Notes: a model not told the origin generated them from the letters alone. Numbered from the stretch's first letter, positions 22,301 through 31,774 are shown. The stretch is 64,000 nt of DNA from Candidatus Latescibacterota bacterium (GCA_965205655.1 CBDBIJ010000015.1:32001-96000), one strand, 5' to 3'. A program made the numbers and translations.

Positions 22301-25123
22301 GAGCCAGTCACGTTGCAGACGCCTGCCCAGGTGCTCGGCCAGTCGACGATCGGGCTCGCTGCGATCGTGCGCAATAACGGCCGAATTACCTCTGACAGTG
22401 TCTCCGTCGTCCTCATCGGGCGCGCTTCGGACGGAGGGACTGACACGCTCCTGTACGAGACTCGGCCCTCGTTCGCCGGCACCGACACCATCTCCTTCGA
22501 CTGGTCGGTAGATGACCGGCGGGGCGCCTACGCCCTCGACCTCATGCTCGATCCGGATGATCGGATCTCGGAGCTGGACGAGGCGAACAATCTGGCCATT
22601 CTCAGCCTCGAGATTCTCGAGCCGGTAGTCGCAGAGCCAATCTTCCCACCGCCACATTCAGCCTTGTCCGCCTGCGAGCTTTCGCTGGAGGCGGTCGTGC
22701 CGTTCGATAGAGGGGAATCGCAGCCGCGGGGCGGGTGCGAGTTCGAACTGTCTTCGGCTGCCGACTTCGCATCGCAGGTCACCGTCAACTCGACGGTCTC
22801 GGCTGTTGACGGCCGCTGCGTCTTCGTCCCTACACAGCTTCCGATCGTCGACGCGTTGGTGGAGCAGGATGGCGAGGTGTACTTCTGGCGCTCCCGCTCT
22901 GTTGACGGCCTGACGACTGGACTGTGGAGTGAGAGCCGCAGTTTTCGCATCGAGGAGGCGGGCGCCATTCCCGAAGACATCATGAAATGGAAACAGGCTG
23001 GCTCACAGCTCGGGACTGGAGCGCTCGAACATCTCGTGCTCGACGAGGCAGGTCGGCTGCGCCTCACCTCGGCGACACTACCCATGCGTCCCTCCGGTCA
23101 AACACGCGAAGACGGCTTTACGGTGAGAGACCTGGAGGGAGCCGGTGTCCTGTGCACCGACGGGACCTACCTCTACGCAAAGCGATGGTACAACGACGCG
23201 TCCACCATCTACCCAGGAACGGACTTTTTCGCTCGCATAGGAACCGGCTTCAACGGCACCCGCCGGGATCTGTTGTATGATACTCTGGCCGACTCGACAA
23301 CGGCGGGAATCTCAGCCACCTATCACAGCGATGGATACATCTACAACGAGAGCGGCAAGGCCTACGAGCTCGAGCGCATCTCGCCCCAAACGGGCGTCCT
23401 GGACACCGTCGAGGTGCCCGATGGGCTCCTCGAGTGGAAGTACGGCCGCGTCGAGGACGGCCACTCACTCATTACCTCGGACGGTCGCCTCATCTACAAC
23501 GTCTCCATGAGCTCTTCGGCCGGCACTCGCAACGGCTGGGACGTACGGGTCTTCGATCCGGCCGACAGCTGGCGCCTGTTGCGATCATTCAGCTCACCTC
23601 CGACGGAGACGGGATTCACCTTCGAATGGACGGACGGCGTCGTCGCCGATGGAGAGCGGCTCTACTTCATCGAGTTCAAGGGCGAACGCCGAATTCGCAT
23701 GGTGGATGCTGCGAACGGCGCCTTCCTCGACGAATGGCGCAGCGACCAGGACACGACCCGCATCGTTTCCGGTCAGTACGACTGGATCAACAACAAACTC
23801 TGGTTGGGCGACTTGCTTGGCTCGGCCATCTTCCGCTATAGCGGCATAACGCACCTCGACTCCGGCCGTGTCACGTCTGAGGCAATCGGTCCGGCTCGCT
23901 CGTGGCACAGCATGGAGATCGAAATGGCGGCCGGGGTCGAGGAGATTCACGTCAACGTTCAGACCGAGGGTCACGATGGAGTCTGGACGCCCCTCGAAGG
24001 CTTCTCCGAGGTCACGCCGAACCGGAGAGTTGACTTGAGCGCCATCGACGCGGCGCGCTACCCCCGCATCAGACTGAGCGCACAGCTCAGGGTCCGGGGG
24101 GGCTCTCGGCGCGATGACGCCCGCGGTGTTGGCGAGGGCGACGTCGGTGACGAGGGCGTTACGATCGATTCGTGGGAGGTCGAATTCGAGGCCAGACCAT
24201 CGGTGGAAATCGCCGTCGCCCGGGCCGACGTGGACTCCTCCTTGCGGCCGGCGACGGGCGCCCTTGTGGTGGAGGTCTCAGTGCGCAACCGATCTGCAGT
24301 CCGGGCTGAGGACACTCGCCTCCACATCGAGCGGCTCGACCGCCGGGGCGGGTTCGAATCCATCCGCGTGCATGCGCTCGGCTCCCTGGAGCGGGGGGAA
24401 ACCCGCCTTGTCGTCGTCGATAGTCTGTCGCTGCCATCGATAGGTGAGCGGCTGTTCGCAAGCGCCACTGCCTCTCCCCTCGACGACCTGGCCTTGGCTG
24501 CCCGCATTGAGATTCCACTGCCGATCGCCGCTGGCAAACTCATCGAATTCTCTGTGTGGCCGGACGGACACCGGCTTATAGACGGGGATCCGCTGCGGCC
24601 CGATCAGGCGATCCTCGTCAGCGTCCCGCCGGTAGAAGAATCACGGCTTGCCATCGCCGTCGATGGCTTGCCGCTTGCTTCGGATTCACTCCTTGCGGCC
24701 GCTGCGGATACGGGCCTTCGCGCCCTCCTGCGGCCGGCTCTGTCGACCGGTCGTCACCGGTTGCAGGTGCGACTCTTCAGTGGTCTCGACGAGGTCGGCA
24801 GCGCTTCGATCGATCTGACTGTCACGGCCGATCTCGCGATAGCCAATGCGCTCGTCTACCCCCACCCCGTCGTCGACGAAACCGCATTCACCTATGTCTT
24901 GTCTCACGATGCCGAAGTGACAGTGGGGATTTTCAGCGTCTCGGGCAGGTTGATTCGACGACTTGGACCGGCGCCGCAACTGGCGGGGTTTCGCCAGACG
25001 CGATGGGACGGACGTGATGAATCCGGCAGGCCACTCGCAAACGGCACCTACCTCTACCGCATCGCGGCGCGCACCGGCGATCGCGCGGCCGAGCGCCGCC
25101 GACCCTTGTCAGTCCTGCGCTGA
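19349..25123 (+). CDS. Secreted C25 (gingipain/PorU-like) cysteine peptidase with propeptide, CARDB-like and FlgD-Ig-like C-terminal domains
   Basis: ADYLIISHPRF, EDIYDEFS.G, YVLLMGDATYD, DLSIGRL, NFAGHG (His), LSCLNG (Cys), QLFGDPA; ISELDEANNLA (CARDB); VYPHPV...WDGRDESGRPLANGTYLYRI. The true start may be TTG at 19418, where a signal peptide begins. Confidence 0.88.
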   Translation: MAQHLPSPFRQPQRYATHPAVPKLISRRFIRAQALLLLSAAIASGASPIAHETSSDGLVLDLKLPPYEVETTLGANASFHEILPPAGFGRLADSGRPALPFVAAPIAVPEGASIDVEVLDSHVVELADVHLRALQAPDAGEGASAPDYSSGFYPGEVIQVEEMGILRGVRAVSVRLYPFHYDAPARQLKVYEWLRIAVRFRGGSTAKAAAGRLEESPEAALYASFLNASSAAALAALQPTAANKPLVTKEGWYDPSAPWLKVDVVADGLFRIDAEWLRQREVDVESIDPRTFRLLGRGDEQPLFVDGEADGRFDEIDFLLFYGRYRRAESEPGVEKDHDSIYGNRNTYWLTWGDRSGLRFAEKSAAPVNGYPESEWYWTTAHFERDVWYQQFPDAPDNDRDHWFWKRDPITGQAVDSPGSATFPDDLASPYLEEDYTAGLRVALHGLTPGHHTVLKLNDREVEEREWVGQDEIVFSNEIPSSYLIEGTNRVLVQAFANDSTGADLSYFNWFEIDYRRRYDSWNGFLAWTELASEGGRRIAVSNLIHPDAWLFDVDNHLRLTGLQIDSLMVDDDEFPIRYVATFEDESDGPSNYVIADSANVHTPTGALDVPSTLRTSSRRADYLIISHPRFVGAAHRLAEHRRTYSGLQVETVTTEDIYDEFSDGLIEREAIADFIDYAYHSWERRPVYVLLMGDATYDYRNIIGGGNPSFVPTLYYHARQRGNSPSDFLYTLVDGDDLLPDLSIGRLAVESDLEAEQVVDKIIRYDTSPAPGDWRSRVIYLANFHEKGLFAASNDDLATRFTEPFGLSSTKIYSPDESPVPNQTGKRFLDALNHGALFVNFAGHGSAGNMQFIFALQFPDWDYLGHVRNEGRLPFVLALSCLNGMFVNPIVDGLGEVFTVKADGGSIAYVSASAKSFVAQNELLSGHFYDQLFVSGNLSFGPTLNTSKVLVLAEHPSFVTSARTMQLFGDPAQKLALPGSPDYEPVTLQTPAQVLGQSTIGLAAIVRNNGRITSDSVSVVLIGRASDGGTDTLLYETRPSFAGTDTISFDWSVDDRRGAYALDLMLDPDDRISELDEANNLAILSLEILEPVVAEPIFPPPHSALSACELSLEAVVPFDRGESQPRGGCEFELSSAADFASQVTVNSTVSAVDGRCVFVPTQLPIVDALVEQDGEVYFWRSRSVDGLTTGLWSESRSFRIEEAGAIPEDIMKWKQAGSQLGTGALEHLVLDEAGRLRLTSATLPMRPSGQTREDGFTVRDLEGAGVLCTDGTYLYAKRWYNDASTIYPGTDFFARIGTGFNGTRRDLLYDTLADSTTAGISATYHSDGYIYNESGKAYELERISPQTGVLDTVEVPDGLLEWKYGRVEDGHSLITSDGRLIYNVSMSSSAGTRNGWDVRVFDPADSWRLLRSFSSPPTETGFTFEWTDGVVADGERLYFIEFKGERRIRMVDAANGAFLDEWRSDQDTTRIVSGQYDWINNKLWLGDLLGSAIFRYSGITHLDSGRVTSEAIGPARSWHSMEIEMAAGVEEIHVNVQTEGHDGVWTPLEGFSEVTPNRRVDLSAIDAARYPRIRLSAQLRVRGGSRRDDARGVGEGDVGDEGVTIDSWEVEFEARPSVEIAVARADVDSSLRPATGALVVEVSVRNRSAVRAEDTRLHIERLDRRGGFESIRVHALGSLERGETRLVVVDSLSLPSIGERLFASATASPLDDLALAARIEIPLPIAAGKLIEFSVWPDGHRLIDGDPLRPDQAILVSVPPVEESRLAIAVDGLPLASDSLLAAAADTGLRALLRPALSTGRHRLQVRLFSGLDEVGSASIDLTVTADLAIANALVYPHPVVDETAFTYVLSHDAEVTVGIFSVSGRLIRRLGPAPQLAGFRQTRWDGRDESGRPLANGTYLYRIAARTGDRAAERRRPLSVLR

Positions 25124-25124
25124 C

Positions 25125-25427
25125 CTATTCGGCCCGTTGCCGGATCTCTTCGATTTTCGCGTCCCGTTCCGCGAAAATCCCTTCTCGCACCTGGTTTATC
25201 TCGTCCTGAAACTGGCGTCTGTGCTCGGCGAATGTCTGCGGATCAGTTTCGCTCTCCACCTTTCTAATGCGCTCCTTCAGCGCGATCTCCTGCTCCGCCC
25301 ACTTCGCCTCGTACTGCTTCTTGACTTCGCCGATGGAGGCGACTTGCTCCGGCGTGAGCTTCACCTGTTCGTCCTTGTCCACCATGGAGTCGGCCTTTTC
25401 CATGGCCAGTTCGAGTGCCGATTTCAT
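25125..25427 (-). CDS. Conserved-type hypothetical alpha-helical protein
   Basis: 100 aa, MKSALELAMEK N-terminus, charged coiled-coil composition; purine-rich RBS-like sequence upstream. Confidence 0.75.
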   Translation of the reverse strand: MKSALELAMEKADSMVDKDEQVKLTPEQVASIGEVKKQYEAKWAEQEIALKERIRKVESETDPQTFAEHRRQFQDEINQVREGIFAERDAKIEEIRQRAE

Positions 25428-25569
25428 ATCTCTTCTCGTTCACCCCTGACTGCGAAGCCCGTCGACGAAGTCCTGGCAGTGTCGTTTCGACTTGAGAACA
25501 TACGAGTCCCACCCTTGATTCTCAACGTCATCGAGCCCGCCCAACAGACTCGGAAGGGAGTTGCCATTT

Positions 25570-26019
25570 ATGAAGAAATTATGGAAGGTCTATCTCTCAG
25601 GAGAGATCCACAGCGGTTGGCGGCAAGATGTCATCAATGCCGCCGAGCGCGGCCAGCTCCCAATCGAGTTCTCCGGTCCCGTCACCGACCACGGCGCCAG
25701 CGATGAGTGTGGCGTGCGCATTCTTGGCTCGGAGGAGAAGCCATTCTGGAGAGATCACAAAGGGGCCAAGCTCAACGCCATCCGCACCCGCGCCCTGATT
25801 CGCGAAGCCGACGTAATCGTGGTCCGTTTTGGCGAGCAGTACCGTCAATGGAACGCCGCTTTCGACGCTGGCTTCGCAGTCGCACTTGGCAAGCCGCTCA
25901 TCACCCTTCACGATTCGGCCTTGACCCACGCGCTCAAAGAAGTGGACGGCGCGGCTCTCGCAGTGGCTGAAGAGCCGGGCCAGGTGGCCGAAATCCTCGC
26001 CTATGTGACAGAAGGCTGA
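25570..26019 (+). CDS. ytoQ: YtoQ-family protein
   Basis: VYLSGEIHSGWR, PVTDH.ASD.CG, FWRDHKGAKLNAIRT and FGEQYRQWNAAFDAG motifs. ATG at 25570 follows GGGAG. Confidence 0.9.
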   Translation: MKKLWKVYLSGEIHSGWRQDVINAAERGQLPIEFSGPVTDHGASDECGVRILGSEEKPFWRDHKGAKLNAIRTRALIREADVIVVRFGEQYRQWNAAFDAGFAVALGKPLITLHDSALTHALKEVDGAALAVAEEPGQVAEILAYVTEG

Positions 26020-26065
26020 GCTACGAGCTGTCGACTCCCATCACTGACTGGACACCATTTTTGAG

Positions 26066-26704
26066 TCAGAGCGGGTTCGCCAGTCCCTTGAGATGCAGAC
26101 CCCAGCTCATATTCAGTGAGATGAATTCGCGACCAATCGACATGCGCGCGCCGTTCGCTCGCTGGGAGCGCGATGCGAAGAAGACGCCGATGGTACCGTA
26201 CGGCGTCCGGGGGTGATTGAGACGGATGCCCATTCCCGTGAACAATCTTGCAGGCCTGCCGACCACGATGATTTTGTCCGCTGGTATGAAACTGATGTCC
26301 GCCGACAGTGACCTGATCACGTCGGTGCCGCCGCTGCAGCTGAAATCGCTGACGCGAAACCCGCTCTCAGTATCGTAGCACCCGCGGAACGATCGCTGGT
26401 AGCGCGAATCCCTGTTCGATCCTTCGAAGAGCCCGAGGTCGAGCAGGGCAACCGAGCTGATCACGTGATACTCGCTCAGCAACACCGTCAAACCGAGTGG
26501 AATGCGCAGTCCCGTTCCCCTCTCGATGTTCACGACACCCAGACCGGCTTCGAGATAGGCCCCGCTGCCGTCAACTTCCTCGAGCAGCGATTGCGCCGCC
26601 GCGCCGTCGACGTCGCAGACGAGCAGAGCGAGTGTCAGCGGGAGCCACCTCAGCAGGGGAGCTGAATCCCCGCCCATTGCCGCCTCGATTGCCCTCATCC
26701 TCAT
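26066..26704 (-). CDS. Hypothetical exported protein, possibly an outer-membrane beta-barrel
   Basis: Signal-peptide-like LLRWLPLTLALLV...AAAQ followed by alternating amphipathic strands. Start uncertain. Confidence 0.55.
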   Translation of the reverse strand: MRMRAIEAAMGGDSAPLLRWLPLTLALLVCDVDGAAAQSLLEEVDGSGAYLEAGLGVVNIERGTGLRIPLGLTVLLSEYHVISSVALLDLGLFEGSNRDSRYQRSFRGCYDTESGFRVSDFSCSGGTDVIRSLSADISFIPADKIIVVGRPARLFTGMGIRLNHPRTPYGTIGVFFASRSQRANGARMSIGREFISLNMSWGLHLKGLANPL

Positions 26705-26860
26705 ACTCCGACTCGTCAGCTGGATGGTTCGTTCTTTCTTGACATGCCGCATCCAGGCGAAAAACGAAAGGCCTACGCCGACTAGTTTCGACGTAAGCCC
26801 TCGACAAATCACTCTATCCGCCAATCGAGCTACGGCCCGCTCCGCAGACCGCACAGCGCA

Positions 26861-28111
26861 TCAGCCTTCGTCTTCTTCGTCTTGGTTCGCACCAAGTATG
26901 CTGTCGCACTGGCTCTTGATGTCGTCCTTGTTCTTGACGATCTCCTCCACGCTCTTCGACAGGCGCTTGGCGTACGGATCCATCTTCGGTATGAGCGGGT
27001 CCCCTCCGTACCCGATCCCCATGGTGCGAACGGCGATGTCGGCGATGTGAACCATCGCCGCCAGGCGCTTGTGTTGCGACGACTGTCCCGGGTGGTGATG
27101 GGAGGTGATGGCCGTCCTGACCTCTCCGGGCATATTCCAGTGAATGGCCAGCTCGCCGCCGCAGTCCGCGTGCGAGATGCCGAGGATCTCCTGCTCGGCT
27201 TGAAAAAGGGAGATGTTCTCGCTTTCCACGAGTTCCAACACTTTTTCGTAGTGGTCGGCGAAGCGAAACATGAAGACGGCCTTGCCGATGTCGTGTAGGG
27301 TGCCCAGCAGAAAGTGCGTCTTCTTTTTGTCCGACTTGCCGATGACCTCCATCGATATGCCCGTGGCCATTGAGTGCCTCCACAGGCCATCCATCGTCAG
27401 CGCCCCGGTGTTGCCCGATGCCTCCTCGTCGCCGAAGACGTTGTAGATGACGGCGGACTGGACAATCTTGCGAATGGTGGCCACGCCAAGAAAAGCCACG
27501 GCCTGGCTCATCATGTTCCCCTGAAAACCGAAGTATGCCGAGCGACAGGTCTTCATCACCTTCGCGGAGATGGCGGGATCCTGTTCGAGCGTCGAGGAGA
27601 TCTGCCGCATGTCGATCTCCTCGTCGGATTTGCTCAACAGCGTCAGGAGCTTGCTGTGGGCTGCCGGCATCGACGGCAGGTTGCTCAGATTGCGGATCTC
27701 GTCCCTGATATCCTGGTGGGTTGGCTTTTCGGGAACGGCTCCGTTTTCGAGGACAAAGCTTAGCTTCTTCTCGAGTGCGACCAGGGTGAACGGTTTGAGG
27801 AGAAAGTTCTCAAGGCCGATCTCGTGTCCCTCTTTGATGACCGTTCGCGCCTCGTCTTTGTCCGGCGGCAGGCCCAGAACGATGGGAATGGTGTTGTACT
27901 TGTCGTGCAGCCGGAGAATCCGCGCCGTCTTTACGCCCCCCAGAGGAATCTGGTTGTCCATGAGGATGATGTCGGCAACTTGGTTGCGGAGCTCCACAGC
28001 CGCTTCGGCGCCGTGGCGCACGTCGACGGCTTCGAATCCCTTCTCCCTCAACTGGCCGGAGATGAGACCGCCAATTTTCTCGTTGCGCTCGATGACGAGG
28101 AGGCGAGCCAT
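26861..28111 (-). CDS. Response-regulator receiver plus HDOD domain protein
   Basis: REC fold (IILMD, FLLKPF), then LPSMP...LEQDPAISAKVMK...LWRHS...LHDIGK...HADCGGELAIHWNMP...HH. Confidence 0.9.
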   Translation of the reverse strand: MARLLVIERNEKIGGLISGQLREKGFEAVDVRHGAEAAVELRNQVADIILMDNQIPLGGVKTARILRLHDKYNTIPIVLGLPPDKDEARTVIKEGHEIGLENFLLKPFTLVALEKKLSFVLENGAVPEKPTHQDIRDEIRNLSNLPSMPAAHSKLLTLLSKSDEEIDMRQISSTLEQDPAISAKVMKTCRSAYFGFQGNMMSQAVAFLGVATIRKIVQSAVIYNVFGDEEASGNTGALTMDGLWRHSMATGISMEVIGKSDKKKTHFLLGTLHDIGKAVFMFRFADHYEKVLELVESENISLFQAEQEILGISHADCGGELAIHWNMPGEVRTAITSHHHPGQSSQHKRLAAMVHIADIAVRTMGIGYGGDPLIPKMDPYAKRLSKSVEEIVKNKDDIKSQCDSILGANQDEEDEG

Positions 28112-28275
28112 AGCCTCTAGAAGGTACGGCGCGCGGGTACAGGATCAAGGTCGACGCCAGGGAACGACGCGCCTTTGTCATGGCTGCCGTGCCCCATTTT
28201 TTCGTTGTATTCGAGGCTGTTTTTCCCAATATTTGGGGCATTCATTCGCGTCTCTTTTTCGGGAGTCACTCACCG

Positions 28276-28488
28276 ATGGCAGAGCGACAGAACGGAACCG
28301 TTAAGTGGTTCAACGTCTCCAAGGGCTTCGGGTTTATCACCAGAGAGGGACAGGACGATGTTTTCGTCCACTATACCTCAATTCGCGGAGAGGGCTATCG
28401 GACCCTGGACGAAGGGCAGCAGGTGGAATTCGAAGTTGCCCAGGGAGATAAGGGTCCACAGGCATCTGACGTCGTACCTCTGGCATGA
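28276..28488 (+). CDS. csp: Cold-shock protein (CspA family)
   Basis: [15 protein letters not shown] and DVFVHY RNP motifs; 70 aa; GGGAG upstream. Confidence 0.97.
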   Translation: MAERQNGTVKWFNVSKGFGFITREGQDDVFVHYTSIRGEGYRTLDEGQQVEFEVAQGDKGPQASDVVPLA

Positions 28489-28527
28489 GAGCGATGCTCG
28501 CTTGAATGCATCGGTCTCTTCCAGACC

Positions 28528-28573
28528 AAAAAAGAGACGGCGCACCCCTGAAGGGTGCGCCGTCTCTTTTTTT
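28528..28573. terminator. Bidirectional intrinsic terminator
   Basis: AAAAAAGAGACGGCGCACCC-CTGAA-GGGTGCGCCGTCTCTTTTTT is a perfect long stem with A and T tails, between the convergent csp and sigma genes. Confidence 0.92.
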
Positions 28574-28586
28574 GTCTTGACTGTCC

Positions 28587-29438
28587 CTATACTTCCTCGG
28601 CCATCGCCTTGAGAAACTGATACCGCGACGGGTGTCGGAGCCGACTCAGGGCCCGTTCCTTGATCTGCCGGACACGCTCGCGAGTGACCCCGATCAAACT
28701 GCCGATCTGCTCGAGGGTCAACGCCTCCTTACCGTCAAGGCCGAAGTAAAGGCGGATAATCCGCTGTTCCCTGTCGTCGAGGCTCTCGAGGACGCTCTCG
28801 AGCTGTTCGCGAGCTGAACCGCGCATGACGTCCGTGTCGGGAGATTTCTGAGACGTGTCCGCCAGGACATTGAGGAGCGAACGCTTGTCGTCATCCTCGA
28901 AGGTTCCGTCCAGGGAGCTGACCGGACGCGCGCTGAGAATGGCGTCGGTCACGACATCGGCGGGAAGGTCCAGCTCCGCGGCGATCTCCCGAACGTCCGG
29001 CTCCTCTTCCCGCCCCTGTCCCAACCGTCGCGACGCCTTCGAGATATCCTTGAGGAGGCTCAGCTTGTTGAGCGGCAACCTCACGGTGCGCACGTGCTCG
29101 GCGATTGTCTGCAGAATCGACTGGCGAATCCACCACACAGCGTAGGAAATGAACTTGTAACCTCGCGTTCCGTCGAAGCGTTCGGCGGCGGTCATCAGGC
29201 CGAGATTCCCGGCGCTGATGAGGTCTGCGAACGAAAGACCTCGGTTCTGGTAGTTCTTTGCGACATCGATGACGAATCTCAGATTCGCCTGCACCAACTC
29301 GTCTCGGGCGTCTCTATCCCCGTCCGAGATACGGGCAGACAACTCAACCTCCTTTTCTCGGGAAAGCGGTTCGGAATGGGCTATGTCGTCGAAATAAGAG
29401 CGCAGGACACTCTCTCTGTCTCCCAGGGTTTCGAGCAT
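28587..29438 (-). CDS. RNA polymerase sigma-70 factor, short RpoD/SigA-like (lacks region 1.1)
   Basis: NLRFVIDVAKNY, DLISAGNLGL, KFISYAVWWIRQSI and TLEQIG...VTRERVRQIKERAL; 283 aa. Confidence 0.95.
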   Translation of the reverse strand: MLETLGDRESVLRSYFDDIAHSEPLSREKEVELSARISDGDRDARDELVQANLRFVIDVAKNYQNRGLSFADLISAGNLGLMTAAERFDGTRGYKFISYAVWWIRQSILQTIAEHVRTVRLPLNKLSLLKDISKASRRLGQGREEEPDVREIAAELDLPADVVTDAILSARPVSSLDGTFEDDDKRSLLNVLADTSQKSPDTDVMRGSAREQLESVLESLDDREQRIIRLYFGLDGKEALTLEQIGSLIGVTRERVRQIKERALSRLRHPSRYQFLKAMAEEV

Positions 29439-29536
29439 AACTCTCCCTTTTTCTTGAAGTTAGGGCAAACAATTATAGGGGGCTTCGGGCCATCTCGTTC
29501 ACGCAGAAAGAGGGATCGAAGCGTTGCCGCTACTTT

Positions 29537-29565
29537 ATGATACGGTGTACGGGGGGCAATATCAA
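29537..29565 (-). promoter_or_regulatory. Putative sigma70 promoter of the sigma-factor gene
   Basis: TTGATA (29565-29560), 17-nt spacer, TATCAT (29542-29537). Confidence 0.55.
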
Positions 29566-30024
29566 CTGAAAAATTGAGGGCGACTCAAGACTGCGAGATA
29601 CCGTCAAAACTTGGATATCTTCAATTCAATCAAGTGGTTATCAGCGCTGGTGACAGCGGGCGAAACCCTGGTAGGAGCGCCAACTGATTGATTTTCGTGG
29701 TCGAACGGTTCAGTCGGCGGCGCCCGATCGCCGGGAGGTTAGCGGATCCACGATCGAACCGACGAGGACACTCAAGCCGAGACTCACGGCGAGCACTCCG
29801 ACGGCGAAAAACAGCTTGCCGAAGAATCCGAGGGCGAATAGTGGATCGTACAGCGTGTGTTCGTACATGAATCAAGACTCCCTGTGATCGGTTTCGGACA
29901 CAGCCGCGTTGTCACCGTACATCTCCAATGATATCAATCCCTTAGGCTGAGAAACGAGAGCCAGCTGACCCCTGAGAGCAAAATTGGTGACCGCGCAAGC
30001 GGCGACTTCGGCTGTTCGTTGATG

Positions 30025-30111
30025 TGGTGCCGAAGGTGGGACTCGAACCCACACGGAGTTGCCCCCACTGGATTTTGAATCCAGCGCGTCTACCAGTTCC
30101 GCCACTTCGGC
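30025..30111 (-). tRNA. tRNA-Leu(CAA)
   Basis: GCCGAAG acceptor stem pairing with CTTCGGC-ACCA, D-loop ...GGTAGA, anticodon arm CTGGA-TTCAAAA-TCCAG, long variable arm, GGTTCGAGTCC T-arm, encoded CCA. Confidence 0.97.
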
Positions 30112-30128
30112 AAACTCTCAGGGATTTC

Positions 30129-30707
30129 TCAGGGAAATTCTTCCCTTCGTTCGGCCTTTGGGGGTCCGAGAATCTCGGCGTAGACGACGGCCTCTTTCGC
30201 CCTTTCAGGGGTGAGCGCCCATCGCCGACGGCGCCTGACTCTTTGGACGACTTTCTTTTGCTCTCCAGCGGCGAGCCGCTTCTTAACCAGCTCCTCCACC
30301 CGCTGTTTCGGCTGTATTTGCTGTGCCTGGATTGCGACTTCCCGGGCGCGTTCCTCCGTTTCGCGCGCCCGGCTGTCAGCCTGCTGCGCCGCCCGCTCGA
30401 GTCGCTCAATCCACGATGGCCCGGACTCTCGGGACGCCGGTGCGGGCTCGACCTGCACCTCTTCTTCGGTTTCCTCCGGCAGCGGCAGCTGTCGCTTCGG
30501 TCGGGGCTCGAAAGGATCGCCTCCCATCGGAAAGGGCCAGCCACCTTCCTCCCTTTCCTCCTCTTCATCCAAGCGCTGCTGTCGAGGTTCGGTGGGCGCC
30601 TTGTTGCGGGCATCCTCCGCGGCTCGTTTGCGATTTCTCCTCTCCAGCAGCGCCGAGATGACGCTGAAGAGGATGAAGAGCAGGAATAGTAGTTGTTCAC
30701 CCCCCAT
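30129..30707 (-). CDS. Hypothetical membrane-anchored protein (YqfB-like position after floA)
   Basis: N-terminal TM, charged linker and C-terminal AVVYAEILGPPKA, typical of genes following floA. Confidence 0.7.
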   Translation of the reverse strand: MGGEQLLFLLFILFSVISALLERRNRKRAAEDARNKAPTEPRQQRLDEEEEREEGGWPFPMGGDPFEPRPKRQLPLPEETEEEVQVEPAPASRESGPSWIERLERAAQQADSRARETEERAREVAIQAQQIQPKQRVEELVKKRLAAGEQKKVVQRVRRRRRWALTPERAKEAVVYAEILGPPKAERREEFP

Positions 30708-30724
30708 GACTTAGCTCCAACTCA

Positions 30725-31714
30725 TCAGCTCGGTTGCTCGGGACCCTCTTCACCGCTCTCAGAGATCGAGGTTCTCATCTCTGTGTCCGACTGAATATTT
30801 CGCATGCGGTAGTAGTCCATGATGCCGAGATTGCCCACCCGAAATGCCTCGGCCATGGCGCGAGGCACCTCGGCTTCCGCCTCCTTGACTCGGGCGCTCA
30901 TCTCCTCGACGAGGGCTCGCATCTCCTGCTCGCGAGCCTGTGCCATGGCGCGGCGTTCTTCGGCCTTGGCCCGGGCGATTTTCAGGTCGGCTTCCGCCTG
31001 CTCGGTCTGCAGCTTGGCGCCGATGTTCTCGCCCACGTCCACGTCGGCGATGTCGATCGACAGGATCTCGAACGCCGTTCCCGCATCCAGGCCCTTGCCG
31101 AGAACGGTCTTGGAGATGCTGTCCGGATTTTCCAACACCTGCTTGTGTGTGTCCGCCGACCCCACCGTCGTCACGATGCCCTCGCCGACGCGGGCGATGA
31201 TCGTCTCTTCGCCGGCGCCGCCCACGAGCCGGTCTATGTTCGCGCGCACGGTCACGCGGCAGGTCGCCTTTACCTGAATACCGTCTTGGGCGATGGCCGC
31301 GATGAGCGGCGTGTTGATCACCTTCGGATTGACGCTCACCTTGACCGCATCGAGGACATCGCGCCCCGCCAGATCGATGGCCGTCGCCCTTTCGAAAGAC
31401 AGTGGAATGTTGGCCTTGTCCGCCGAAATGAGCGCCAGGATTACCGCATCCACATTGCCGCCGGCCAGATAGTGAGCCTCCATGCGATCCAGGACAACGT
31501 CCAAGCCTGCCTTTTCCGCGCTGATCTTGGGCCTGACGATGGACCCCGGCGGGACCTTGCGCAGCCGCATCCCCACCAGGTCTCGAAAAATAGCGACCTT
31601 GACCCCCGCGAAGTAGGCGCTGATCCACAGACCGATGGGGACGAAGTAGGTGAAGAGAATGAAGAAAACGATGATCGCAAACAGAATTGCGACCGGAAAC
31701 AAGGCACCCGTCAT
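30725..31714 (-). CDS. floA: Flotillin-like protein FloA (YqfA)
   Basis: [49 protein letters not shown] and [21 protein letters not shown]. Confidence 0.95.
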   Translation of the reverse strand: MTGALFPVAILFAIIVFFILFTYFVPIGLWISAYFAGVKVAIFRDLVGMRLRKVPPGSIVRPKISAEKAGLDVVLDRMEAHYLAGGNVDAVILALISADKANIPLSFERATAIDLAGRDVLDAVKVSVNPKVINTPLIAAIAQDGIQVKATCRVTVRANIDRLVGGAGEETIIARVGEGIVTTVGSADTHKQVLENPDSISKTVLGKGLDAGTAFEILSIDIADVDVGENIGAKLQTEQAEADLKIARAKAEERRAMAQAREQEMRALVEEMSARVKEAEAEVPRAMAEAFRVGNLGIMDYYRMRNIQSDTEMRTSISESGEEGPEQPS

Positions 31715-31774
31715 TTCCCACTCTCCTGAGGTTGGCCGGATCGATAGTTCGACATCTACAAGTACTGTACGCTT

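Noticed and set aside
29570..30025. Possible island attachment site or ncRNA downstream of tRNA-Leu
   Set aside because: No integrase, no duplicated tRNA 3' end seen in the window and no recognisable RNA motif.
29872..30105. ORF MAELVDALDSKSSGGNSVWVRVPP
   Set aside because: Translation of the tRNA-Leu gene, a common spurious ORF.
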